Shown: positions 27,889 through 40,700 of the stretch, piece by piece | How the letters are laid out: every line of letters begins with the position of its first letter | How positions within the stretch are numbered: position 1 is the stretch's first letter | Source of the DNA: Catajapyx aquilonaris | Taxonomy: Eukaryota | Length of the DNA stretch: 64,000 nucleotides | Direction: 5' to 3' | NCBI GenBank assembly: GCA_000934665.2 | Contig: KZ537959.1 | Coordinates: 62,001 to 126,000 of the forward strand | Notes under the pieces: model-generated | Databases searched by the model: none | The model's input: only the letters and a program-made list of their open reading frames with translations | What the model was told of the DNA's origin: nothing | Program-made: the position numbers and the translations under genes

Positions 27889-28781
27889 CAAGGGCCGTAC
27901 CAAAATGGTTTACAATTATTTTTTTTTTTTTTGCCGAAAATACAGGGACCATGGAGGTCGGCAAATAGGTACACACTATCGACAGAACCTACCCGGAGCC
28001 GAATGCAGAGGAGTGAGGCACCCCAGGAATCACTGTTTGGAGGTGCGAGGCACCTACTATACCAGACATCTGCTCAGTCAGCAACTATCAACAATGTCCT
28101 TAAAATGGCGTCAGCGAAGGGATTTTTTCATGGATCTTGCTTTGAGTGCTTCCACACCCACCGTACTCCCCTGGCGTGGCCTCAAGTGACTTTTTTTTGT
28201 TAGTTTGTTAGTTTGTTAGTTTGCAATACCCCGTGATAGGGCCAGGGGCCCTCTTGGGGGCGTGGGGAAGTTCCCAAGGGAGGGCGCTCTTAAGTAGTCA
28301 TTTCTGACCATCTTAAATATACCAGACCTTTTCTCTTGGCCCTTGGCAGAGAATGTAGTGCAATTCTGCCCGGACATTTCGAGTGAAAAGCAGAAAAAGA
28401 CCCGCCCAAGCGAAGGTGACTGCCTGACGCGGAAGGGGTTTGATCCCCGGACCTTCCGCTTGGCTGGGCAGTAGAATAGCCACTAGACCACCATGTTCCC
28501 CGCCTCCAGTGACTTTCATATGTTCGAATATATTTAAAAAGTCCCTTCGCCGATGCCATTTTGAGGACATTGTTGACTGTGAAGAGTTGTCCGGGAGTCG
28601 GTGCGCCGCACACCAAAAAGTGGTTCCTGGAGGGCCTGGATAGGTTGACCACTGCCAATGCCGGTGCATTCTGCTCCAGGAGGATTTTATTTACAGTATA
28701 ATGTGTGCCTATTTTTCGACGTGCATGGGCGTTGTGTCTGTGGCAAAAAACAAATTGTAAACCATTTTGGTTCCGCCCTCG
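27889..28781. mobile_element. Tc1/mariner-type non-autonomous element (MITE) with long imperfect inverted arms, interrupted by a SINE
   Basis: Left end TA|caagggccgtaccaaaatggtttacaatt and right end aattgtaaaccattttggttccgccctcg|TA. Inverted similarity runs about 240 bp inward (tcaacaatgtccttaaaatggcgtcagcgaaggga versus tcccttcgccgatgccattttgaggacattgttga). Confidence 0.85.
28194..28507 (-). mobile_element. tRNA-derived SINE (family A) nested in the MITE
   Basis: Minus-strand head with A box TGGTCTAGTGG and B-box-like GGGATCAAACCCC; tail (AAACTAAC)3 plus A run; TSD agtgacttt at 28185-28193 and 28508-28516. Confidence 0.85.
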
Positions 28782-31700
28782 TACTTAGTGAAGTAAAAAA
28801 ATACCGCAATTTTTCTGTACTCATGGTGTGTTCCTTACTAGAAATGCGTTGTTCTGATGGGCTTGTGAGGCGAGTGATTTTTTTGCGCCCATATTTTGCA
28901 GGTCAGTCACATGGGACCAGAGTTACAGCGTCATTTCCCCCCTGCGTGGAAGCATTAGGTGCTCATGTTTTCTGGCTGAACGAATTGTCAGTAGTTATGA
29001 TGCCCACGATTTGCTGGCGACAGTGAAGTGCGGGATGCCACGTTCGGGTTAATTGAGACTTTTCTGTCAAGCCTGGCATGGGACCGGTTGGAGATTTATG
29101 AGCGTATCATCGGATGCTTTCGAGATAACGTATTTCGAAATCAAGCTCTATGACATACAGTGATAGCAGCGCACTGAAATTTATGACTGGGCATGATTTT
29201 GTCAGCTTAGAATTTCACAGACATAAAGAAATGTACCTCAGGCAATGGTGAAATATTTGTATCGTAATAGAGGAGAACTGTGAATAATTGCAATTATATA
29301 CATACTGTAGTATGGGAATAAAAATTTGAGGAAACTTTTCCTTTTGTGACACTATTGTAACAAGCCTGTAATTAGTCTAAGGTGTCGTTGTCACTGTATT
29401 TGAACACGCACGAGATATATCTTTGTTAATCCTGTTGCGGAGACTAAAATTCGCATTCTATTTTGACCCGTATGTGAGTGCAAGTCTCCTCTAAAGCATC
29501 GCTTTAGAGAATTGCTTTTTCAAGGGAAGGATTTTCAATTCCTTTATCCGGCTATTTTGGATCAATTCTGCGAGATAGACCGTTATTCCACTGATGGCCT
29601 TTCTCTACATTTCCAGTCTCCTGAAATAAGTTCTTCATCCTGACTGTTCAGAGCTACCCTTTCGCCTCTGTTGAGCGCCAGGTTACGTGCCTGGCAGGGG
29701 CAAGCCACTTTCCTCCAACCCCACTCACAGTTGTTGTTGGCCTAACTTTGTACTTGCCCCGACTCTTTTTGAGTCGACGCGACGCTGCGATGAGATGTTA
29801 GGGATCCTGTGATTTAAAGGAATGATGTAACGCCTTTGTTGGGGTGCGACATGTTCAGCACTGTCGCTATGTTACAAAAGGGGTGTATGCAGTCGGAAGG
29901 GTGGACTTGGGTGACGAGACACGGCGGGTGAAAGCCAATACAAAGGAAAGCAAGTGAAGCACAGTGGAGAAGAGTTGAAACTTGGTGCTGGTGCGATTCC
30001 GACGGGATGAATGAATGGATTCATGCAGCAGCAGCAGCATCGGGGTGTGCTCGCCGTTTGAAACACAGCCAAGAGTGGAGAAGGCCTAAAGCAAGTCATC
30101 CAGCCAGACATCCAGCTAGCTAGCCAGCCAGCCAACAAGCAAGCAAGCCTCCTGGCTTCATGTCTAATGTATGGCCTGCCGCCGCCTTGTTCTTCTTCTT
30201 CCTGAAGTCTCCGGGACCAGCGTTGTAGTGGAGATCCGGAGCAGAGCCGGATCTCCTTTGTGCATCTGGTAATGCAGCACCGCCCGCCGCCACTCTTCCT
30301 ATGCTCAATGGGCTTAATTAGGCGAAGAATGCCGGGCTCTTAGGCTAATGAAAGGCTTGAGGAGCGTATTGAATGGCCCCGCTGCTACTTTTCCGCCACG
30401 GTAAACACAACTCTTAAAACAATCCCCGTAATTTTCTTGCTTGAGCCATGCTCTCTATTGGATTATTTTAGACGTCCCGACATTTCTTTATCTGGCTGGG
30501 GCCCTTTTCTTTTCCTTCCTCTTTTTTTCCGCCTGCAAGGGAATGGGGGCGGCGGGGTGAAGTGGTGGCAGTGGCGGATGCAGATTGTGTTGGCGGGTAG
30601 GCATGATGCCGTCCCGCTGCCAAATGCAGCCCAATCCGATTTGCTCCCAATCATTCGATTCCCCGCAAGAGTACTCTCGCTCCACTTGTATTCGAAGGAG
30701 GAGCAACTGGAAAGGGCGGGGGTCGCTCGGAGCGGCCTCGGAGGTTCAACACATGTTTGCTGCACTGGGAGACGGATGTGGCATATAATCTCGTTTCTCA
30801 AGACTGCCGTAAGGCAGGAACGAAAGTGGGCAAGAGAGATAATGTAGACATGCGGCTAATTCGGGATGGGGTGGAAGGGGGTAAGCGATGTGACAAGCCA
30901 GATCGCGTGGTTAGCGGCCAAGCACGCAACAGCATCTCAGTGTTTGCCTGTCCGCTAGCCGCTGCATGCTGTCCGAGCCCTGCATAGTCTTATCCGAAGC
31001 AGTTGCCTTGAACACAGCCTTGCACAAGATGAGCCAATTAAAGAGGCCGAGGCCGCGCCAGGACGGTAATAGCCGTGTGCGGTTACAGCCACCATTACTC
31101 GTCGAGAAATGCGAATTCATGTATTGTGGTTGTCTGTTTTGCGGTGCGTATAGGTCACCCTATAGTGGACGCATGCACTCGTCTGAGCAGGCCACAGCCA
31201 GGGAGAATTTCACAAACCTGCCTTGGAGCAGTGCTGGCTTCTAGCTCCGCCGCCAGTGTGGATGCCTAACCAGACCCCAACAATGTCCGATGTAGCCCCG
31301 GCACTTCCCAGTACGTGCCCAGATTGGAGGATATAAAAATGTGGAAGGGGCCAGCCATGCGAGCACTGTTTATATGCGGACGAGTAGCATTCTTTGAAGA
31401 GCGCAATTTGCATGGAAGGAAAGTGGCACTGTGCTGGGGGAGGGGGTGGAAAGCTCACCCAGATGGACGAGTGCACGGAAACATAAATGGGAGCCACCCA
31501 GCTGGAAAATCAGCCGACTGAATCGCAAGGGTGATCCACAATACCTGTCACTTTTTGGCCTCAAAAGCTGCTGAGTGTCCCATTAAATGAAGAAACGCCC
31601 CCGGAGGCTCAAGTCGGCGCTAAGTAGAGGAATGAGCCAGGGCTTACCGCGAACTCGGCTTGTGTGGATGAGTTTGAAGGAGGCTCGAGACGCGCTGAAT

Positions 31701-34700
31701 TAATTGGGACAAGTGGACAACTCGGGAGTCAAGTCTGCGGTATAGGGCAGAAATTGCGCGGGGCTTAGCTCTTCAGGGAAGGGACTAAGGACAGGCTGCG
31801 GGGAGAACTTATAGTAGGGGCCGCGTAGGGATTTGCTTCCTACATCAGGGCTAAGAAGAAACAAACGGCCGCCTCTGACGTTTTACCGACTCCATTTTGC
31901 AGCGCCAGAATCGCGGTTGGACTCTGGTCGGGAGGATTCATTGCCTTCGGTGCTCATCGAATGTTTTGTGCACTGAACCAGCCAGCGCCAGGCATAATTA
32001 AGCATATATTATTTTAAAACTCCCTTTGCAGGTTGCGATCAGGATGATGTATTCTGTGATCGGAGTACCATATGTTTCCGTTATTTCCCATTCAGCTGAC
32101 TGCACTTTTGCGTTTTTTATTATTTAAATCACAGACCTATACGTGCTTGCGTGCGCACTTTTGCACCGAGGCTGCTGGAAATGGGGTGGAAAGTCGACTT
32201 TTAGGTGAACAGAGCTTGTCGGCCGATATTGCTAAGGAAAGAGAGTTTCTTTGAACCTATGAAAGCGATTTCTCATGTAATACATCTGGGGCAGCTAACT
32301 GATTTGTGCAGTTCTACTGAAATGGTCCCTTCCGGAATCAGATGAACTCACGAACCGAGAAAGGTGCGAGTAAGCCTTAAAATCTCAAAATACTCAACAT
32401 GACAGAGGCACTCGTGGCGAAGAATCTTTATTTGGGATATTTAGGGGAATTAATACTCTCAATTTCTCATCGACAAATACATTGCTGTTATTTCTGTAGT
32501 ATAAAAACACCGTAAGTTACTTTCTGCTGCATAATAGGCATTCGAGAACCGCAGATGCAACCATTGAAATAAAAGCCTTGTGATTATTTTTCATTGCTAC
32601 AGGGAAAACAGGATAATATATAATTATGTTGTTGATGTTTCTGACATTCACTCTAGCGTTTATGGCAGACTTACGCTTTATAGTACTGGCTGTCCACAGT
32701 GTAACGTATACAATGAGGGTTCGTTTGTGAGCGTATATAGCTTCAGCGAGCCGGTATTCGAAGCGGCTGCATTGATGGAACGTGCTGCCGCAGTAACCAC
32801 ATCGATTGCCACGTTCGCAAGAGTACACCACAAGGAAACATATCTGCGTTGTATCCTCTACAGTATTTGATAATCAGATGCACACAAGAGACCCAATAAA
32901 GATGCTCTGAATTTCAATGGAACATGGTAAACGGGTGCTTCTAGTGCCACGCCCGTAAGGCTGATTGCCTAATTTCAATACCGAGTTTTGTTGCAAAAGT
33001 GGCGCACCATCTGGCCAACGACCAGTCCAATGAATTGATTCATTGCAGTCCATGAAGGGCCAGCATAAGAAGAGAGCCTGGCAGGATGGCAGCCATTTGC
33101 GGGCAGGGAGGCAGTAGCCGACTGGCAAATATCGTCGCGCCCGTTTCCCCGCCCGGATCTCCTATTCAAAGTATAAATGGCGAGGCGGCCTGCGGGGAAT
33201 GGCGCCCTCCTTCTGTATATATACGCGCCTTCAACGCCACCAACCACTTTCATCCTCCCTCCCCACATTCCCCCCCATTTTTTTCAATCTTGGATTCCCG
33301 TCTTATGCCAGGCACGAATATTCAAGAAGTAGGTCATCATTGCAGGGATTTAGTGTCGGTTCTAGTAGCGGGCGGTTGGCACGGAAGAGCCAGAGCCGGT
33401 GGAGATATGTCGGTTGGAGGTATAGGTGGGTGGGTTGGGGGAAGAGTGATTAGGGTGAGATGAGACGGAGGCGATGCTGCGTAGGACAGGCTCTACCGCC
33501 CATTCCGGCCAACTTATGTGCTGCTACCGATGTTGATGGATGGATGGATGGGAGAGACCCGTGTCGTGGTTTAGAGCCGGCCTGTCCTCTGCTCCTCGAC
33601 AGGATGGCCTCCCCCCCGGAAATGGGTCCGAGCGGACTATTCCCGACACATCCTCGCTGATTTCACACTGCGCCAACTCCATTCTCTCTGGCCGTCTCGT
33701 AACTGCTCTTTCTGGGTCTCCTGTTAGAGTCCGCACAACAAGAAAAATAAAAGAGACCATCCTTGTTGGAGGCGGTAGAAAAAGTGTTGTGGGGCCCCCA
33801 ATCTTGGCGGTTAACTTCGTCAGTTGTCAGCCAATCACGGCTCCTTATCTCCGACAGTAGACTTTGTAAGCTGTCAGGCGCTTCTTCCTTCCTTCCTTCT
33901 TTCTCCCGCACTCCTTTCGCTCGTGCCTCTTTTTGTCTCTAATTTTTCCGAGCGTTGTTTGGCGGCCTCCCGAAGTTGAGATTGGAAGCTCGCCCAGAGA
34001 ACTTCTCTGCTCCTCCTTCCCTCTCTCCTTCCATCATTTTCAGAGAAGGCTGCCAAGTTGCACGAGCATGCAGGTGTTAATTGCCCCATCCCTCCCCACC
34101 CTCCTTCCTGACTCAAGAGTCTTCCCTGGAAGAGATGAGACAGTGTGTCGGGAGCGGTCCTTCCTTAATGGGAGACGTGGCTCTGTAGGGCGCCGGCAAT
34201 TGCCGATAGAAATGTGTTTGGCAGTGACGTGAGGGGACGACCAACGAACACATTATTCGGGATGGGCTGCTGCAGGAAAAGGAATTCATCGATTGGCAGC
34301 AGCAGCAAGCAAGCAAGCGCCCAAACCAACAGCTAAGCTTCAGGGAGTCTGGGAAAGCCTCCAAAAGCCTGCGGGTAATGGCGTCCGGATCGCTAACACA
34401 AACACTATCAATTTAATGCGCGGTTTAAAGCCTTCTGATAGGCACACAAATCCACACCCTCTGGAAAGCCCTTCTCTCTCGAACCATATTCACCCAAAAG
34501 GAGAAGCGCCATCACTCTCCCGCTCTTGCTTGCCCATCGCTGTTTGCTGCTATCCTGCAGTATATACGTCGGGAGAGAAAAGATCCGATCAAGATGTAGC
34601 GTCAGATTCTTCCAAGCTCGCTAAGATGGTTTTAGGTGCAGATTTGAGGGGGATGGACACTCCATAACCAATAACAATCGAGAATCCGTCATTTTTATTT

Positions 34701-37700
34701 ACTGGTTATAGCACCAACCCATCTAGAGTTTGACAGCCTATGAGGCACCAGCATGTGAGGTAACGTGGGTTTTATGCTAAGGGTGTAGGTGCACGGGAGC
34801 GGGTGTGTCATACTGTTTTTGCGGGCGTTTGGAGTGGCGGTTTATGATGCAGCCATAAGGGGCCGCTACGATCGAGTCCCGGAAGTGACTTGCGGACTAA
34901 TAATGCCCGCGTTATCGTTCAAACCGCAGATTGCATGAACAGTAAAACTGCGCAGCCTGCTGATGCTCCCTTGGAATGTGATTTTTTATATTTTCATGCA
35001 TTTTTTTTTTGGCGTAGTTGCCTTGCTTCCCTCATGTCCTGTGAGTAAGAATGGCAGGTGTAGTCGAAGCAAGGAATTCCACGACTCTACGCCCCGAGTT
35101 GCAAGGGTTAAAACCTGACCACCTGGACGGATTATCACGTTTTGTGTGTGTGTGAAGCCGGAGTCGCGGAGAACGACAAAATGAATGATTACTGGCACTG
35201 CAGCAAGTAACTTGCGACAGCCGTCCACTTGGCAGCCGCTCGAAAAATCCGGCTGCCGCATGCAGTCTTTCAAGACGAGGTCCCGTGGAATAATCCGACT
35301 CTTGGAGCAAAGAGAGGCGCCGGCCTTCCCCTTTTCCTTGCTGCTCCCTAGAGATTGGCCCAAGAGGAATTTTTCCTTATTTTGAGCCCACACGCAAGCG
35401 ACCTCCCTCTCGGCAGCACCAAAATGAATATAAAGTTTAGTTTGTGCGACTGGGAAATGGGAGCGGGGAATTCGCTCGTCAATAAAATACCGGTGGCTGC
35501 GAGTGAATACGCGGATTTCCAGGGGGTTCGGGATCCCCGACAGATCGGTCCCGCACCGAATTATTTAAGACCAGCCTCCGACCAGAGGGACGTGGAGTTG
35601 AGGCGCCCATATTATCTCAACCGTCGCCTAACCATGTGTACCAATTCTTCTGGCTCACTCTTTAAGCGCGGGAGTGTAGTCCCATGTCTGGAAATGAGCT
35701 TTGAATAAGCTGCTTAGAAACCTGAGATTAGGTTGAGCTGGGATTATCATGATTATTTCACATTTTTGGAGCCGAAACTTGCTGCGGTCAAAGGAACGAG
35801 GTTGAAGCTGGGGTGGTGGCATGTTTATTTGGGATACTGCAAATAGCATGGAGAGGTATTACTGACTGCTGAAAAAAGAATGGTTCTGAATGGAGCGCAC
35901 AAAGCGGATTGTTGTGCAAATAATTCAGGAGTTGTCTTCAGCATCAAGGGGATGTACCCATTGCGATTTTGAGGACTGGTTGTATATAGTCAATTTACTG
36001 GATGGGGTAATTGCCTCGAATGAAAGGGTATGAGGGGTGTGTTTAGGTACTCCATATTATAAAAAGTTTATATAGGATAAATTATTCAGAAATTAATCAC
36101 GGTTTATCAATATAAAGCGCCTATGCAAATTGCAGCCGTATTCATGAGTTATGTCTGTACTAACTTGACATCCGGTAACAGTTAAAATGCATCATGGCAC
36201 TTTGCATGTATCCATTGAATCATTCACTCTAACGCGACGAAGCTTCATGAAACCGACTGTGATGTATGCTAAAATAAAGGGAGAAGCCAACCGAGTCGAC
36301 ACAGGAAATGTGCAGGCCTGTATTAAATCCCCTTTTGCCCCTGCGGTTGATAGATGCCGCTTGACAAGAGGAGCTCATTGGTTGCATAACCGGCAGGATG
36401 AAAATATTTCCCCCAATTAATGTGGCAAGTTTGCGTTATCTGCAATTTTCAGCCATGTGCAAAAGATTCATAACACTTGATTGGTTTTCCAGAGCGAGTG
36501 GCGGTGAGGCGTGGGTTCTAAACGGTTATTTGTGAGGGGTATTTTTTTCCCCCTCGGTTCCACGAAGGATGGTGGGAGCAGAAATGAGTATAGGGTAGAA
36601 TGGCGCTGATGCAGGCGATTAAATCTGACAACAAATTGCCGGCTTTATTGCCTGCGCATTAAGCCGGGAAATTTGCATTGATTGACACCTGTGACGAAGG
36701 CGGACGAGCCGTCTAATGAGGCCTAACAGTAACAATCGAGCCGCCTTTATCTCATTAAAAGTGGATCTGCAAGCTCATCCGCAACGCTGTCAGCAAAGTG
36801 CGCGGAATGGAAATGAAATTCACAAAATAAACGCCGGGCCCAATGAACGCCGAATCGGGTTAATTTTGTGCGCATAAACGCTCGCCGCCGCGTTCATTCA
36901 TGGATTTATGGGCGGGTTTTATACCGGCCGGCCTAGATTACTACAGGTTGCGCCCAAAAGTTGCCCGGGGGAGGCTCCCTCGCATGCTGATGATGCGCTG
37001 TACTGTACAGGGCTGCACACCAGGTATGGGGCCAACTCTGACCCTTGGGCTTCGCTTACACCACCCGCGGCAGCACGGGAACCAAGCCAAGCACAACTTT
37101 GACATGCCGAAAATTTTGGCCTGCAAAATGTACCGTCCGTTTTGTATTGGCGAGAGGTGTGGGAATCGCGTCGGAATATTATTTCTGCATGCCCTCTGGA
37201 AAATTAACGCCGGTCCAAATGGCTACCCTGGGCATTTCCGCTGCTGCTGGTGTTACTCGGGGCCGTTTTGAGATTGATGATGATGAATGGGTGCGTCCCA
37301 GTGGAGTTGAGATTGCTGCCACATCAACCTTCGTCCGGCCCTTATGCCAACTAATGGAAAAGGTGTTTTGGTGGGCCTGGCCACAATGCGTCTGATCGCC
37401 GTGTTTTCACTCGTTCGCTTTTCCAGCCCGATACTAAACACATTCACTGTTCGACCGAAACGGCCCATCGTAACGCGGAGGTACTACGATATGGGTGATT
37501 TCACAAATCAAGTACCACGCCTCTGATCGGAGATACAACTGGTGTGGAGTCATGAAGCTTCGTTACTTCATTGTTTGTTTTCAACGGGTTTGTGTTTCTG
37601 ACCTCTTCAGGGTTCGTTGTTACTTTGAAGTCTTGAATTATTTCCACTTATGGGGTCATTAAGACTTGGATTTTTTTGAACGACATTGACGTGCGTTTCA

Positions 37701-40700
37701 GGCAAGTACGTATTGTTACGTGACCTTTTGTTATTGTTGCTATTATTACGTGCAGCCTTTATTATTAAAATGTTTCCCTGGGGCACTGAGCTTCATATAG
37801 TGTAACTTAGCAGCACGGAATTCAAATTCCAGTAAGGGTCGTTTCGTGTTCTGGTGGTTATGATGATAGAGACGATGATTGTTCAGTGTCACGCATCTCA
37901 AGGAATGGAAGTAACCGCAACAGCATGCTTGAGTTATGCATAATTTTGTTCTGTCTCTGAGGTTAATGCAGTGCAGTTCGTTGCATTTTAAAGAGATGGA
38001 ACTAGTGTGCTTGGAGAAGTATTTATTTAGTAAGGGTATTGACCAAAACATAATTAATATCTTAGCTTATTTTTGCGTTTGTTTGTCACATGACGATAAG
38101 TTTGGGCCGTATGCTACAATATTTGCCCTGGTTTGGGCGATGTACTTGAATGGATGATATAGTTATTGGTGGCAAATTATCTCGTTTCTTTTGGCGCTAG
38201 TTTTATATTGGTTTTATCCGAGTGGACTGTCATATTCCGTATTATGTAAAACGTGAACAATTTTCGCAATATGCTGCACAAGCTATGCATATAGGAATTC
38301 CATTATAAAAGCTGATTAATGTATATGTGTGCCAGTAAAATAAATATTTCTAAATAATTTTAAAACGGAAAAGAATGGGGCCAATAAGCTTCAAGTCAGT
38401 GCATGAAAAAGTGTGAGATCATTGATACTGATGATCAAGTGATATCAGACTAAAAGAGCAATAGCAAACTAAACGCGAGAGATGCCGAAATTACTGCATT
38501 ACAGTTGGAATTCAAGAGAGGGTGTGCTTTATTGAATTTTCCATAATACTTGTGAAATGAATTAAATCATTGGCTGAGTGCTGTCGTAATTTGTAAACGA
38601 CTTGGTACTTGCACCTTTGTTACTTTTAATCAAATTAGAACACTATCTGGTGTTGAAGCTATTCCATTAGGTGTAACTATGGCATGTCCCGACATCTTTT
38701 TGCATATTTTACAGAGTATCGACACTTGCAATGTTGTTTCATGAAACTGCTTAATTATGGTTGTTTGTATTGACCCGCTGGAAGGTGACCAGGGAACGGG
38801 ATGGCTCAGAGCCCTGGAGTAACTTATGGTTTGTCATGCCGTGGGTTAAGCTTGTCAGTTAACGGTTGTAAATATTGCATGGCCAATGAAGCTTCTGACA
38901 CCGTAGCATGCATGGACATCAATATTTTGCTCCTGCGGCGGATATTACCTTCTCTGCATGCCAGGGGCAGAGAACGTAACGTTGTTGTGGCATAATTCGT
39001 ACGATGCAAATGTGCCTTTTATTTTTTTAAAGTTTAGGCTCATATATCAGCTACAAATGAGGTTTAAATACAAATATGATGGAACGTGGATCCAGTAGGT
39101 GCACATCACCTATCGGCAAGGTAGGCAGAGCGAGTCTTGACCGCGGAAATAAGACTCAAAGTGGGGCAAACATGGCTATAGTGCCGGGTATAAATAACAC
39201 CGGGTCGGCTTGAAATTGGAGCTTAATTCGACCCCCCATTATCCTGCACAGACCCACTTTGCATCGATTGAAGCTCAGAAGCTGCTCTACCTACTGCATG
39301 TATTCTACTTGCTCCCTATCCCCAGCAACCTCATACACCCACTCTTCCGAGTAAATATGTTATTTGCATGGTTTCCAAAAAGGGTGTCGCTGACAGAACC
39401 CGTATTAATTAGCAGCGCACGTGTCCTTGTACGCCATTTGGGAGATAAGTGTGTAATCGCTTTTTTTTTTTCTCCCAGGGCATATCGCCCGATATTTCTA
39501 GCCTAACTGCCCTCGCCATAAAAACCTAGGGAAAAAAGGTGTACCTTGTACCACCAGCGTGGCCAGTTTTTTTTAGGGGGGCCACTTGTCAAATTAGGAT
39601 CCCGATTACCCTCTTAGCTGCCAGATGAAAAAAAGTGGTTGAGGGGAAGTAGTTTTCTATTTCAGACATGTATGTGTTTAGCTCTAATGGCATTGCTAAC
39701 AAGGCGACTTGCCCCTGGACAAAGCGGAACATATATACATAAGCAAAATGGAACGGGTCGTGTAGTTGTAAAAGGCCTCGTAATGCGGCCCCCCACATGG
39801 TGGAGATGGTCCCCTCCCCGAACCCTCCTCTACGCCTATTACCATCACCCTCAGACGATATAATATCGATTGGCGGAAACTTAGTGTCCGGGATAGTCGT
39901 ATAGGTGTGGCTCGGCCTACGTGATTACTAGAAAAAGGGAAAGGGGAGGAGGGGAAAGAGGGGTTAAGTTTGTTCCCGGTTCCGAAACTTAGTTGGCGAA
40001 GACCATAAAAATAGGAGAGGAAGAAATGGGGCGGCTAATCGAGTGTTGTTGAGCAGTGGCCTTGCGAGGAGCCTGATGAGGAAACTGATGGAGATTTGGC
40101 CATCAGTGCAGATAGCTCCGGCTCCACTCGAGGTGCTGCAGCTTGGCTTTTCATCAAGCCCAAAGACGAGGAAGAAGAGGCCCCCGAGTGATGGATGGCC
40201 CTCTCTCGCCTTTTGCTACTCTCCATTTGCAACCCCACTCTATACCTGCTGACACACCCGTTTCAGGGGTGGTCGGAATACCTACTGACTAGCTCTGGTC
40301 TGATGGAGCTGGACCGGGTTGTTTTCCATTTTGGAGAATTACCGTTGTCGGCGTGATTATCAATTAAAAGATGCACTGTAGTGCCATTCTGATCAGCCGC
40401 AAAACAAATTGTTTTCAATGCAAGCCGCAGTTAATTTCGAATTAACTCATTTGCTGGAAGCGAAAGGGAATATGACAGCGAGGGGGGGTTCTTGCCGCTG
40501 TTGCTCTCCAATATTACGCCAGTCACGTGTGCTGGGTGTGTAATTGGCAAACTGTGTTATTAACTGGTGTTTTGAAAGTTTTGCGTTGACAACACTATCG
40601 CCCGTATATGCCTCTTTGATTAACGTGTTGTGCCACTTGGAAAATTCTGTCGGATTTGATTAATAGGCTTTTGAAAGGAGCGTTTTTATTAGTATTTGCG

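Noticed and set aside
30230..30256. Short hairpins with 9-10 bp stems (also about 29490-29510 and 56713-56732) as terminators or miRNA precursors
   Set aside because: Eukaryotic intron context, too short for pre-miRNAs, and a few are expected by chance.
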